A DNA stretch of 64,000 nt from an uncultured Ectothiorhodospiraceae bacterium (GTDB lineage: Bacteria; Pseudomonadota; Gammaproteobacteria; UBA9214): positions 6,701-70,700 of the forward strand of contig CAMYJI010000004.1 in assembly GCA_947258545.1 (NCBI GenBank), given 5' to 3'. A program made the position numbers and the translations under genes. The notes beneath the pieces were generated by a model that saw only the letters and a program-made list of their open reading frames with translations, did no database searches and had not been told where the DNA came from. How positions within the stretch are numbered: the first letter of the stretch is position 1; each line of letters opens with the position of its first letter. This document shows positions 9,549-19,510 of the stretch, in pieces.

Positions 9549-10958
9549 ATGACAACAAAAACAAGATTCGCACCCAGCCCGACCGGTTATCTGCACGTTG
9601 GCGGTGCACGCACGGCCCTGTTCTCCTGGTTGCATGCACGCAAGCACGGTGGAAGATTTGTCCTGCGTATCGAGGACACCGATCTCGAGCGTTCCACGGC
9701 AGAGTCTGTCAACGCCATACTGGAGGGCATGACCTGGCTGGGCCTGGAATACGATGAGGGACCTTTCTACCAGACCGACCGTTTTGACCGTTACAACGCG
9801 GTCATCAAGGAACTGATTGGCAAGGACCTGGCCTACTATTGCGACTGTCCCAAGGAGCGTCTGGAGGCGTTGCGCGAGCAACAGATGCAGCGCAAGGAGA
9901 AGCCGCGCTATGACGGGCATTGCCGTGCACGCGAGGTCGACCCGGGGAAACCGCATGTGGTCCGCTTCCGCAACCCGGTTGAAGGCAGGGTGCTGGTGGA
10001 TGACCTGGTGCGCGGCAAGGTCGCCTTCGAGAATGACGAGCTCGATGACCTCATCATCCGCCGCACAGACGGCTCACCCACCTACAACCTGACGGTCGTG
10101 GTGGATGACTCCGACATGGAGGTCACCCATGTCATCCGCGGCGACGACCATCTCAATAACACACCCCGGCAGATCAACATCCTGCAGGCCCTGGGTAAGA
10201 AGCCGCCCCGCTATGCACATGTGCCGATGATTCTCGGCGACGACGGGGCGCGCCTGTCCAAGCGCCATGGTGCGGTCAGTGTCATGGAATACCGCAACCA
10301 GGGAATCCTGCCCGAGGCCCTGTTGAACTACCTGGTACGCCTCGGCTGGTCACATGGCGACCAGGAGATCTTTTCGCTGGATGAAATGATAGAACTGTTC
10401 GATATTTCCGAGGTCAACCGGGCGGCCTCGTCGTTCAATAGCGACAAGCTCCTGTGGCTGAACCAGCATTACATCAAGCACGCCGATCCGGCCCGTATTG
10501 CCCATCTGCTGAGCCCGCACCTGGGCGACCTGGGTATCGATCCGGCAAACGGGCCCAACCTGGTCGATGTCGCAATGGCGCAACAGGAACGGGCGCAGAC
10601 GCTGGTGGAGATGGCCGGGATCAGTGCCTTTTTCTACAAGGACTTCGATGACTACGACGAGAAGGCCGCCAGGAAGCACCTGCGGCCGGTCGCAGGAGCG
10701 GCGCTTGAAAAGATGCGTCATGTGCTGGCCGAGATGACGCTGTGGACACCGGAAAGCCTGCACCAGGCGGTTGCCGACGTGGCCGAATCCCTGGACCTGA
10801 AGCTCGGCAAGGTCGCCCAGCCACTGCGCGTCGCCGTTGTCGGCAGGGCCGCTTCCCCGGGCATCGATGTGACCCTGCAGCTGGTCGGCCAGCAGGCCTG
10901 CCTGCGCAGGATTGACAGGGCGCTGGACTATATCGCCCACCGCGCAACCGCGAATTGA
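9549..10958 (+). CDS. gltX: Glutamate--tRNA ligase
   Basis: [14 protein letters not shown] (HIGH), LSKR (KMSKS), IRGDDH. Confidence 0.98.
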   Translation: MTTKTRFAPSPTGYLHVGGARTALFSWLHARKHGGRFVLRIEDTDLERSTAESVNAILEGMTWLGLEYDEGPFYQTDRFDRYNAVIKELIGKDLAYYCDCPKERLEALREQQMQRKEKPRYDGHCRAREVDPGKPHVVRFRNPVEGRVLVDDLVRGKVAFENDELDDLIIRRTDGSPTYNLTVVVDDSDMEVTHVIRGDDHLNNTPRQINILQALGKKPPRYAHVPMILGDDGARLSKRHGAVSVMEYRNQGILPEALLNYLVRLGWSHGDQEIFSLDEMIELFDISEVNRAASSFNSDKLLWLNQHYIKHADPARIAHLLSPHLGDLGIDPANGPNLVDVAMAQQERAQTLVEMAGISAFFYKDFDDYDEKAARKHLRPVAGAALEKMRHVLAEMTLWTPESLHQAVADVAESLDLKLGKVAQPLRVAVVGRAASPGIDVTLQLVGQQACLRRIDRALDYIAHRATAN

Positions 10959-10984
10959 TCGGGCTGGATCCAAGGACGCAATCT

Positions 10985-12682
10985 ATGAGTAACGACAAGG
11001 CAGCTACTCCCGGCAACTTTATCCGCACCATCATCGATGCCGACCGGCAGGCCAACAGGAATGACGGCCGGGTGGCCACCCGTTTCCCGCCGGAGCCGAA
11101 CGGTTACCTCCACATTGGCCATGCAAAATCGATCTGCCTTAATTTCGGTATTGCCAGGGACTACCAGGGCACCTGCAACCTGCGTTTCGATGACACCAAT
11201 CCGCACAAGGAGAACATCGAATACGTCGAGGCGATCAAGGAGGACATCCGCTGGCTCGGCTATGACTGGGGAGGACGCCTGTTCTTCGCATCTGATTATT
11301 TCGAGCCACTCTATGAGCTCGCCTGTGAACTGATCCGCAACGGCAGGGCCTATGTCTGCGACCTGACGGCGGAGCAGATCCGTGAATTCCGCGGCACCCT
11401 CACCGAGGCCGGACGCGACAGCCCCTACCGCGATCGCCCCATAGAGGAAAACCTGGACCTGTTTGCACGCATGCGCGCGGGTGAATTCGAAGACGGGGCG
11501 CGGGTGTTGCGGGCCCGGATCGACATGGGTTCGCCGAACATGAACCTGCGCGACCCCACCCTGTACCGCATCCGCCACGGCGTCATCCATCACCAGACCG
11601 GGGAGGAGTGGTGTATCTACCCGATGTATGATTTCACCCACCCGGTCTCGGATGCCCTTGAGGGCATCACCCATTCGATCTGCACCCTGGAGTTCGAGGA
11701 CCACCGGCCACTGTATGACTGGGTGCTGGACAACGTATCGGTCCCGTGTCATCCGCAGCAGATCGAGTTCTCGCGCCTGAACCTGCAGTACACGGTCATG
11801 AGCAAGCGCAAGCTCACCCAGCTGGTCGAGGACGGGCACGTGGAGGGCTGGGACGACCCGCGCATGCCGACGCTTGCCGGGATGCGCCGGCGCGGCTTCA
11901 CGCCGGCCTCGATCCGCGATTTTTGTGAGCGTATCGGGGTCACCAAGTCGGAAAATTCGGTCGAGATGGGGATGCTTGAATACAGTATCCGCGAGGATCT
12001 GAATGCTCATGCAGCGCGCCGCATGGGCGTGATCCATCCGCTGAAGGTGGTGATCCTGAACTACCCGGAAGACCGGGTGGAACAGCTGCCGGCGGCGAAC
12101 CATCCCCAGGATGAATCGATGGGGCAGCGGGAGCTGCCGTTCACCCGTGAGCTGTACATCGATCGCGAGGACTTCCGGGAGGAGGCCCCAAGGAAATTCA
12201 AACGACTCGTGTCCGGCGGCGAAGTGCGGCTGCGCAATGCCTATGTGATCCGTTGCGAGGAGGTCATCAAGGACGTCGATGGCAACGTCATCGAGCTCCA
12301 TTGCAGCTACGATTCAGCGACCCTGGGGGCGAACCCCGAGGGCCGCAAGGTGAAGGGTGTCATCCACTGGGTCTCGGCGCCGTATGGCCTGGAAGCTGAA
12401 GTGCGCCTCTATGACCGCCTGTTCACCCACGCCAGTCCGGATACGGCCCGGGACGGCAAGGACTACCGGGAGTACCTGAATCCCGATTCCCTGCGTACGG
12501 TGACCCGCTGCATTGTGGAGCCGAGCCTGGCGGACGCCCGGCCCGGCGATCAGTTCCAGTTCGAGCGCGAGGGTTATTTCTGCATCGATACCCGGCTGTC
12601 GGGCGGGACATCCCTGGTTTTCAACCGCACCGTGACCCTGCGCGACTCCTGGGCGAAGATCGAGCAGCAACAACAGGTCTAA
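10985..12682 (+). CDS. glnS: Glutamine--tRNA ligase
   Basis: [39 protein letters not shown]. Confidence 0.98.
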   Translation: MSNDKAATPGNFIRTIIDADRQANRNDGRVATRFPPEPNGYLHIGHAKSICLNFGIARDYQGTCNLRFDDTNPHKENIEYVEAIKEDIRWLGYDWGGRLFFASDYFEPLYELACELIRNGRAYVCDLTAEQIREFRGTLTEAGRDSPYRDRPIEENLDLFARMRAGEFEDGARVLRARIDMGSPNMNLRDPTLYRIRHGVIHHQTGEEWCIYPMYDFTHPVSDALEGITHSICTLEFEDHRPLYDWVLDNVSVPCHPQQIEFSRLNLQYTVMSKRKLTQLVEDGHVEGWDDPRMPTLAGMRRRGFTPASIRDFCERIGVTKSENSVEMGMLEYSIREDLNAHAARRMGVIHPLKVVILNYPEDRVEQLPAANHPQDESMGQRELPFTRELYIDREDFREEAPRKFKRLVSGGEVRLRNAYVIRCEEVIKDVDGNVIELHCSYDSATLGANPEGRKVKGVIHWVSAPYGLEAEVRLYDRLFTHASPDTARDGKDYREYLNPDSLRTVTRCIVEPSLADARPGDQFQFEREGYFCIDTRLSGGTSLVFNRTVTLRDSWAKIEQQQQV

Positions 12683-12728
12683 GACCGCCTTGCTCACCGA
12701 TTGAACTCACCCCCTTAACGGTATAATC

Positions 12729-12757
12729 TTGACAGCAATGGGCGCCTGACGTAAATT
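12729..12757 (+). promoter_or_regulatory. Sigma70 promoter of the tRNA gene
   Basis: TTGACA-17 bp-TAAATT followed by GC-rich discriminator GCGCGC. Confidence 0.75.
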
Positions 12758-12773
12758 GCGCGCTTCGTTTTCC

Positions 12774-12849
12774 GGGGCCATAGCTCAGCTGGGAGAGCAC
12801 TTGCATGGCATGCAAGGGGTCGGCGGTTCGATCCCGCCTGGCTCCACCA
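12774..12849 (+). tRNA. tRNA-Ala(GGC)
   Basis: 76 nt GGGGCCA..TGGCTCCACCA; anticodon arm CTTGC-ATGGCAT-GCAAG; G3:U70 pair; TTCGA T-loop. Confidence 0.97.
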
Positions 12850-12854
12850 ATTTC

Positions 12855-12884
12855 CGGGGGCTGATTCTTCAGCCCCCGTTTTTT
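12855..12884 (+). terminator. Intrinsic terminator after tRNA-Ala
   Basis: CGGGGGCTGA-TTCT-TCAGCCCCCG followed by a T run. Confidence 0.85.
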
Positions 12885-12999
12885 ATTCCGCTACCGCAAC
12901 ACGCAGCTGCCTTCTGATTATTCTGTAGTGCAGCAGCCCCGTGTCCACATCTCAATTTTTGGCTCTTCAGGGGAATTTGTGATTAGACTTCCCTGATTT

Positions 13000-13214
13000 C
13001 GTCATTCCGGCGCATGCCGGAATCCAGGTGTTCCACTCAATTATCAAGCGATTGTTTTGCGGCAACACGCACTTATCGCTAAGGAAGACCTGATCAAATC
13101 ATCCTTCGTCATTCCGGCGAAAGCCGGAATCCAGCAACCGCCTTATTAGCACCTGCTGGATTCCGGGTCTCCGATACGCTTCGCCCGGAATGACGGCTTG
13201 ATAAGGCCTTCCTA
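13000..13214. repeat. CGTC-type REP cluster (3 units) downstream of the GIY-YIG gene
   Basis: CGTCATTCCGG-N-CCGGAATCCAG at 13000-13027 and 13107-13134; inverted copy at 13156-13195. Confidence 0.9.
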
Positions 13215-13502
13215 AATCAGATCCGGATATAAATCTCCCCAGCGCGGGTTCAGTTCTTCAATCGTCTTTATCTTCCACGCCCGCTTCCAGTTTTTGATGG
13301 CTTTTTCCCGCTGAATGGCGGATTCCATCGTGTCATGCATTTCATACCAGACCAAAATATACACACCATATTTACCGGTAAAGCTTTCAACCAGATTATT
13401 CTTGTGTTCCCAAACCCGCTTAAGCAGGTTTGAAGTAACGCCCGTGTATAGAGTTCCATTGCGTTTACTGGCTAAAATATACACGCACGGTTGCTTCTCC
13501 AT
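13212..13502 (-). CDS. Small stand-alone GIY-YIG nuclease
   Basis: 96 aa; VYILAS.RNGTLYTGVT.NL.KRVWEH, AIQREKAIKNWKRAWKI..IEELNPRW.DL. Confidence 0.92.
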   Translation of the reverse strand: MEKQPCVYILASKRNGTLYTGVTSNLLKRVWEHKNNLVESFTGKYGVYILVWYEMHDTMESAIQREKAIKNWKRAWKIKTIEELNPRWGDLYPDLI

Positions 13503-13523
13503 ACCACCTTTCTAGCATAATCC

Positions 13524-13801
13524 CTGGATTCCGGCCTTCGCCGGAATGACGTCTTTATACACAGTATTAGGGAAAGTCTGGTAATACCATCATTCCGGGA
13601 GCAGCGTAGCGGATACCCGAAATCCAGTCCTTGGTCATCAGGCAGCTACTGGATTCCGGCCTTCGCCGGAATGACGTCTTTATACACAGTATTAGGGAAA
13701 GTCTGATAAAACCGTCATTCCGGTCGGAGCGTAGCGGATACCCGGAATCCAGTAGTTAATAATCTGTCAGGTATTGGATTCCGGCGTGCGCCGGAATGAC
13801 G
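13524..13801. repeat. CGTC-type REP cluster (5 units) upstream of the GIY-YIG gene, with a 57-bp exact duplication
   Basis: Units at 13524-13551, 13588-13627, 13649-13676, 13713-13752 and 13774-13801 in alternating orientation; 13524-13580 is identical to 13649-13705. Confidence 0.9.
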
Positions 13802-13849
13802 AATCATTCAAGGGCGCCCACGAATATTTCTACCGAGGCCAATTTCCAT

Positions 13850-14590
13850 TCAGGGTGAGATGATATTGCCCAGATGTTTGCGCAGCTTGTCCGGCGAGGC
13901 CTGGCTGGACTCTGTCAAGGTCAGCAGAAAATAACTCGGTTCTTCGTCGCGTATCATGTCGATGGTGGCCGAATAGGAGCGCACCTCCCCGGGGTCCAGT
14001 TCGACCCGGTCCACGTCGGTGGTCGCATCGCTGGACGTGACCTGGGCAACACCGATCTGTATCCCAATATCATTGAATAAAAAGATTTCGACCTTCGGCC
14101 GTACGATCCCCAGGCTGTCATTGTGCACAACCAGCCGGTATTCATAGATCTTCTTCTTGCCGCTCTTCACCAGGGTGAAAATGACGTTGCGGACGTATTC
14201 ATTGCCGATGGCAATCGCCTCGTCATAGGTCAACGGTAGCAGGTTGGGTATCCGGCCTTGCACCAGGGCATCCCGCTCGCGGCGTACCGTTTCGAGTTCA
14301 CCGCTGACGTCCTCCAGTGTGGCCTCCAGCTTTCGCACTTGCATGGTCGATTGCTGAAGCTCGCTGGATTTCCCGCTTATATAGAACCAGGTGAAGATGT
14401 AGATGAGAGTGAAAAGTACCGATATGCCGATAAGCATGAAGCGATAGCGACTCAACCTGGTCTCACTGTGGTACCTGGCGCGTGAACGCCGGACACGACG
14501 GGACCTGCCATTGGCCGGTTTGTCACCCTCGACGACTGCGGTGCCGATCGTATTCACGCCATTTCCCCGATTCGATTCAGTTTCGCCCAT
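13850..14590 (-). CDS. Hypothetical single-TM protein (Arg-rich N-terminus, TM, coiled coil, beta-rich C-terminal domain)
   Basis: 246 aa; TM FMLIGISVLFTLIYIFTWFYI; heptads VRKLEATLEDVSGELETV; preceded by a sigma54 promoter. Confidence 0.75.
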   Translation of the reverse strand: MGETESNRGNGVNTIGTAVVEGDKPANGRSRRVRRSRARYHSETRLSRYRFMLIGISVLFTLIYIFTWFYISGKSSELQQSTMQVRKLEATLEDVSGELETVRRERDALVQGRIPNLLPLTYDEAIAIGNEYVRNVIFTLVKSGKKKIYEYRLVVHNDSLGIVRPKVEIFLFNDIGIQIGVAQVTSSDATTDVDRVELDPGEVRSYSATIDMIRDEEPSYFLLTLTESSQASPDKLRKHLGNIISP

Positions 14591-14624
14591 TCGCCCACCA
14601 GTTTCCCGCGTTGCTTATTGTTAT

Positions 14625-14719
14625 CGCAAATAAGATGCCAATATATTTAATACATTAAAAAACAATAAGTAACATAATACCATTTGTTTTTAAAGACAAT
14701 TTTGTCAAATAATGTGACA
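14625..14719 (-). promoter_or_regulatory. Sigma54 promoter plus upstream TGT-N11-ACA activator (PrsR-type) box
   Basis: Minus strand TTGGCATCTTATTTGCG (14641-14625); box TGTCAAATAATGTGACA at 14703-14719; AT-rich spacer. Confidence 0.7.
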
Positions 14720-14982
14720 CCCGGCTGTTGTTTCAACCGGGTCCCCTGGGTTGCTGCCCGCACGGATGACGCCGGCGTGAAATGGCGAGACGCCGCTGGG
14801 CCCGGGTTCCCCCGGGGACCCCGATCAAACTGCTAACTATCAAGGAATTACATGTCATGCCGATATTAATCCCGTGATTCAAACAAACCGGGTCTATGCT
14901 GGCATGTATCCGCAATACGCTCTCCGCACCCTGCAATCCGAGCAGGTAGCCTTCCAGGAACCCCGCTGACCGGTAGTTTCCC

Positions 14983-15465
14983 GTGAAAGGCATATGTGAA
15001 AAATTACTGGCACATCCCGGGTTCAGGGAAGGTGAACACTGGAAACGGCTGTATTTTTCGGCAAATGAGGACATCATTTCAGAAGGCGATAACGGCCGCG
15101 AAGTCTTTTTGCTGCAGCGCGGGACCGTGAGGGTGACGGGTTCGGTCCAGTTGCAAAAGGGGAGCGCGATCCATCCGGGTTTTTGTGACCTCACGGACAA
15201 TGCCGTGTTCGGTGAATTCGGTCTCCTCAGTCGCAACCAGCGCAGCGCCTCGGTGTGTAGCGTCAGCGACTGCGAGATCATCGTCATGGACGGAAGTCGC
15301 CTGCTGGAGTTCTTCGAGCACCAGCCCGAAATGGGCTACCGTTTCCTGCTGGAATTGCTGGAGAACTCGGCCCGGCGTCTTGACCAGACCAACCGCAAGC
15401 TGCTCAAGATGCTGGCCTGGGGGCTACAGGCCCGCAACCTGGATTCCTGCCTTTCCGGGACATAG
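14983..15465 (+). CDS. Stand-alone cyclic nucleotide-binding domain protein
   Basis: IISEGD..VFLLQRGTVRV, FGEFGLL..RSASV; no C-terminal HTH visible. Confidence 0.85.
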   Translation: MKGICEKLLAHPGFREGEHWKRLYFSANEDIISEGDNGREVFLLQRGTVRVTGSVQLQKGSAIHPGFCDLTDNAVFGEFGLLSRNQRSASVCSVSDCEIIVMDGSRLLEFFEHQPEMGYRFLLELLENSARRLDQTNRKLLKMLAWGLQARNLDSCLSGT

Positions 15466-15904
15466 CCACCTCGACTGATACCTTACTCTACGGGTCTTCG
15501 AAGCAAATCCATCCTCCCCGCCGGCGCCAGTGCGGTCATGCGCCGCGTTACCGGCATGCCTGCAGGGCGGGTGTGTGTCCCTGGACTTTATATTCTCCAA
15601 GGGCTTGCGAAACCAGATGTATTAATCACTAATAATATAATGCATCATTAATAAATTGGTTCGGTGTCCCGATAAAGCCTGCGGCCGCGGCAGTCGGGTG
15701 GATAGTGGCAGGGATTGCCAGGTTGGTGTACGGCATGGGTGGTGTTTATGTTTCCGTCGCCCGTGCCGTTAATACACTATATTGATATATAACCTACTGA
15801 AGTGCAAAGGGTTAGGGATGACAACAAGAACCAGTCAGCGGTGCATCTGCGAACCGGGGTGTGAATGCTCCGGGTATCCCGGGATCGGCAGGTGATGTGA
15901 TCCC

Positions 15905-17314
15905 ATGCCGGTCTTCCGCATCTTCCGCCACTATATCCCGGCATCGTTCCTGTTCCTTGGCCTCATCGAGGCGCTGATCTGTTTCCTGGGTTTCTATGCC
16001 GGGGTCTACACGCGTTTTGCGGGCGATGCGGCAATTGTCGCCAATAATTTCGGGACCTTGTGGCCGAAGGCCCTCGTCTTCATGTTGGTCATGCTGCTCG
16101 TCATGATCTCACTGGGGCTCTATGACCGCACGGCCTGGTCACTGGAGGGCCGTTCCGCGATGCTGTTGCGGGTGTTCGCCAGTTTCCTGGTCGCGATCTT
16201 TCCCCTGAGCTTCCTGTTCTACCTGGTACCGACTGTACACCTCTGGCGTGGTGCGACCTTGATGGTGCTGATCCTGTCACTGATCGGCGTGATCCTCACC
16301 CGCCTGGTTTTCATCAAGGTGGTCGATCGCAAGGCCTTCAGGCGTCGTATCCTGGTGCTTGGCGCGGGCAAGCGTGCCTGCCACATCCGGACGCTGGAAG
16401 ATGAATTGCCCTTGCTGGGCGTCGAGGTGGTGGGGTACAAGCACGTGGACAGGGACCATGACGTCATCGATGACGATCGTGTATTCGCGTCCGAAGTTCC
16501 GATACGGGATATCATCAGGGACAATAAGGTCGATGAGATCATCCTGGCCGTCGATGACCGCCGCAAGGCCTTGCCGGTGGGCGAGCTCCTGGATTGCAAG
16601 ATGGATGGTGTGGGCGTACTCGACATGCTGAGCTTTTTCGAGCGGGAAACCGGCCGGATCAAGCTGGACCTCATGAACCCGAGCTGGCTGTTCCTGTCGG
16701 ATGGCTTCCGTATCAATACCTTCCGCATCGTGATGAAACGGGTATTCGATATCGGGGTCAGCCTGCTGCTGTTGCCGGTCTTTGTGCCGCTGATGATCAT
16801 CGTCGCCATTGCCATCTGGATCGAGAGCCGGGGTGAGGGGCCCATCCTCTACACCCAGAACCGGGTTGGCATGAACAACAAGCAATTCACCATCTACAAA
16901 TTCCGCAGCATGCGGCCCGACGCCGAGAGTGACGGCGTGGCCCGCTGGGCGCAGGCCGGAGACAGCCGGGTGACCCGTGTCGGTGCCTTCATCCGCAAGG
17001 GGCGGCTGGATGAGTTGCCCCAGATATTCAACATCCTCAGGGGCGACATGAGCTTCGTCGGCCCTCGCCCCGAGCGTCCGGCGTTCGTGGAACAGTTACA
17101 GCAGCAATACCCCTACTACCGCGAGCGCCACCGCATGCGCCCGGGACTGACGGGCTGGGCCCAGATCTCCTATCAATACGGCGATTCGCCGGAGGACGCC
17201 TTCCGCAAGCTCGAGTACGATTTGTATTACGTGAAAAATTACAGTATTTTTCTGGACTTGCTGATAATTCTTCACACAATACAGGTGGTACTCACAGGCA
17301 AGGGCGCCCACTGA
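15905..17314 (+). CDS. PEP-CTERM/exosortase A-associated polyprenyl glycosylphosphotransferase (TIGR03013-like)
   Basis: N-terminal TMs; KFRSM, RLDELPQ..GDMSFVGPRPE, PGLTGWAQ, KLEYDLYY; directly upstream of prsK. Confidence 0.93.
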   Translation: MPVFRIFRHYIPASFLFLGLIEALICFLGFYAGVYTRFAGDAAIVANNFGTLWPKALVFMLVMLLVMISLGLYDRTAWSLEGRSAMLLRVFASFLVAIFPLSFLFYLVPTVHLWRGATLMVLILSLIGVILTRLVFIKVVDRKAFRRRILVLGAGKRACHIRTLEDELPLLGVEVVGYKHVDRDHDVIDDDRVFASEVPIRDIIRDNKVDEIILAVDDRRKALPVGELLDCKMDGVGVLDMLSFFERETGRIKLDLMNPSWLFLSDGFRINTFRIVMKRVFDIGVSLLLLPVFVPLMIIVAIAIWIESRGEGPILYTQNRVGMNNKQFTIYKFRSMRPDAESDGVARWAQAGDSRVTRVGAFIRKGRLDELPQIFNILRGDMSFVGPRPERPAFVEQLQQQYPYYRERHRMRPGLTGWAQISYQYGDSPEDAFRKLEYDLYYVKNYSIFLDLLIILHTIQVVLTGKGAH

Positions 17315-17404
17315 CCCGGATGTCCGCAACCACAGGGGCTGCATGATATCCACCCTGATCCCCATGACGAATTCACTGGACTTCACGTATGAAGGGCGCC
17401 GGGT

Positions 17405-19510
17405 GTGATTGACGCGGCTGCCATCGATATCGGTGTCGCGAGTTACGCGCTGGGCGCGCTGGCCTACCTGGTGCTGACGGCGCTGCTGTTGACCGGCTGG
17501 CGGGGGCGGTTGCAGGGCGGCCTGCTGGTGGCGGCGACGCTGGTGACGGCCCTGTGGTGCGCCGCCGAGGCGCTGTGGGCCGGCTGGAGACTGCCGCCGG
17601 GCGCCGTGGTGCAGACCGGGGAGACACTGCACCTTGTCGCCTGGGTCGCCTTCCTGTCCGGCCTGCTGGGGCATGCCCGCAGCCGGGTGCGCCTGGTCAG
17701 CCTGTTGATCTATGCCCTGGCGGCCATCCTGTTGCTGGGGCCGCTGGCCTTTCCCTGGCTGTCGGCCTGGCTCCCGCAGGCGCCATCCGTCCCGAAGGCC
17801 TTCTTCCTCGGCTATGTGCTGCTGAGCGTGGGCGGCCTGTTCCTGGTGGAGAACCTGTACCGCAACACCCGTCCCGAGCAGCGCTGGGGGATCAAGTTCC
17901 TGTGCCTGGGCGTGGGCGCGCTGTTCGCCTATGACTTCTTTCTCTATGCCGAGGCCCTGCTGTTCGGGCAGCTGAACCCGACCCTGGTCTCGGCGCGCGG
18001 TGCCGTGTACATGCTGGTGATGCCGCTGATCGGGATTTCGGTGGCGCGCAATCCCGAGTGGTCGGTCTCGATGTTCATCTCCAGGGAACTCGCCGTGCAC
18101 ACGGCCACTCTGCTGGCGGCCGGGGCGTACCTGCTGCTGATGGCCGTCGCCGGCTACTACCTCCGCTATGTCGGGGGCGAGTGGGGCGGCTTTCTGCAGG
18201 TCGTGTTCCTGTTCGGGGCCGGTGTGGTCCTGCTGGTGCTGCTGTTTTCCGGGCAGCTGCGCGCCCGTATCCGGGTCCTGCTCGGCAAGCACTTCATCCA
18301 CCACCGCTACGACTACCGGGCGCAGTGGCTCAGCTTCACCCAGGCCCTGTCGCAGTGCAAGCAGGAGGCCCTGCCGCATGAGTGCGTGGTGCGCGCCATC
18401 GCGGAGGTGGTGGACAGCCCCGGGGGGATGCTGTGGTTGCGCAACAAGAACGGTGCCCTGGAACAGGTCGCGCACTGGGGGGTCTCCGGCGGGGAAGACC
18501 GGACCCTTGCCGCTGACGCCCCGCTGGCCCGCTTCCTGGTCGAGCCCGCCTGGGTGATCGACCTGGAAGAATACCGAATGGACCCGGAGCTTTATACATC
18601 GCTGGAATTGCCGGAATGGGTACTCGAGCTGCCACGCGCCTGGCTGCTGGTACCACTGCTCGACCAGGGGCAGTTGCTGGGTTTTGTGGTCATCACCCAG
18701 CCGCGCGCCCGGGTGCCGTTCAACTGGGAGCTGCGTGACCTGCTGAAGACCGCCGCCTCCCAGGCGGCCAGCCACCTGGCGCAGCTGGAGGCCGTGGAGG
18801 CGCTGGCCGAGGCCCGCCAGTTCGAGGGCTTCCACCGTCTGTCCGCCTTCGTGCTGCACGACATCAAGAACCTGATTGCCCAGCAGTCCCTGCTGGTCGG
18901 CACCGCCGCGCGCCACAAGCACAAGCCGGAGTTCATCGACGATGCCATCGACATCATGGAGCATTCCGTGGCCAGGATGCAGCGCCTGATGCAGTTGCTG
19001 CGGGCCGGGGACCCCGGCAGCACGCCACGGGCAGCGGACCTGGTAAAGGTCCTGCAGGATGCCGTTCAGCAGCGCAGCGGGAGCCGGCCCGTGCCCCGTT
19101 TGGAGGCGTCCCTCCAAGCGGCCCGGGTGCTGATGGACCAGGACCGGATGACCTCGGTGATCGGGAACCTGATCCAGAATGCCCAGGACGCCACCGCCGA
19201 TGACGGCACGATCAGCATCAGCCTGACCCGGGACGGTGGCCGGGCCGTGATCGAGATCAGGGACAACGGCTGCGGCATGGACGCGGCCTTCGTGCGCGAG
19301 CGCCTGTTCCGTCCCTTCGATACGACCAAGGGGGACACCGGTATGGGCATCGGGGCCTACGAATGCCGGGAGTACGTGCAGGGCCTGGGGGGCAAACTCA
19401 ATGTCGAGAGTGAACCCGGGGCGGGGACCCGGGTGCAAATTACGCTACCATTGGCAGCCGGGGATGTGACAACACAGGACACCCGTCAACACAAGGAGCC
19501 CGTCGGTTGA
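17405..19510 (+). CDS. prsK: PEP-CTERM system histidine kinase PrsK
   Basis: Multi-TM N-terminus (ENLYRN..RWGIKFLC), GAF-like middle, SAFVLHDIKNL, FRPFDTTK..GMGIGAYE. Confidence 0.95.
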   Translation: MIDAAAIDIGVASYALGALAYLVLTALLLTGWRGRLQGGLLVAATLVTALWCAAEALWAGWRLPPGAVVQTGETLHLVAWVAFLSGLLGHARSRVRLVSLLIYALAAILLLGPLAFPWLSAWLPQAPSVPKAFFLGYVLLSVGGLFLVENLYRNTRPEQRWGIKFLCLGVGALFAYDFFLYAEALLFGQLNPTLVSARGAVYMLVMPLIGISVARNPEWSVSMFISRELAVHTATLLAAGAYLLLMAVAGYYLRYVGGEWGGFLQVVFLFGAGVVLLVLLFSGQLRARIRVLLGKHFIHHRYDYRAQWLSFTQALSQCKQEALPHECVVRAIAEVVDSPGGMLWLRNKNGALEQVAHWGVSGGEDRTLAADAPLARFLVEPAWVIDLEEYRMDPELYTSLELPEWVLELPRAWLLVPLLDQGQLLGFVVITQPRARVPFNWELRDLLKTAASQAASHLAQLEAVEALAEARQFEGFHRLSAFVLHDIKNLIAQQSLLVGTAARHKHKPEFIDDAIDIMEHSVARMQRLMQLLRAGDPGSTPRAADLVKVLQDAVQQRSGSRPVPRLEASLQAARVLMDQDRMTSVIGNLIQNAQDATADDGTISISLTRDGGRAVIEIRDNGCGMDAAFVRERLFRPFDTTKGDTGMGIGAYECREYVQGLGGKLNVESEPGAGTRVQITLPLAAGDVTTQDTRQHKEPVG

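Noticed and set aside
12774-13850. Integrative element inserted at tRNA-Ala
   Set aside because: No integrase, and I found no duplicated tRNA 3' end in the window.
15706-15720. TGGCAGGGATTGCCA as a sigma54 promoter for the sugar transferase
   Set aside because: GG-GC spacing is 2 bp too short. It is a palindrome that could be an operator, but a single copy is not enough support.
17096-19438. Long antisense ORF (780 aa) and similar ones (10928-12301, 43852-45255, 56273-57520, 61321-62583)
   Set aside because: They are shadows of well-supported genes on the opposite strand in high-GC DNA and carry no recognisable motifs.
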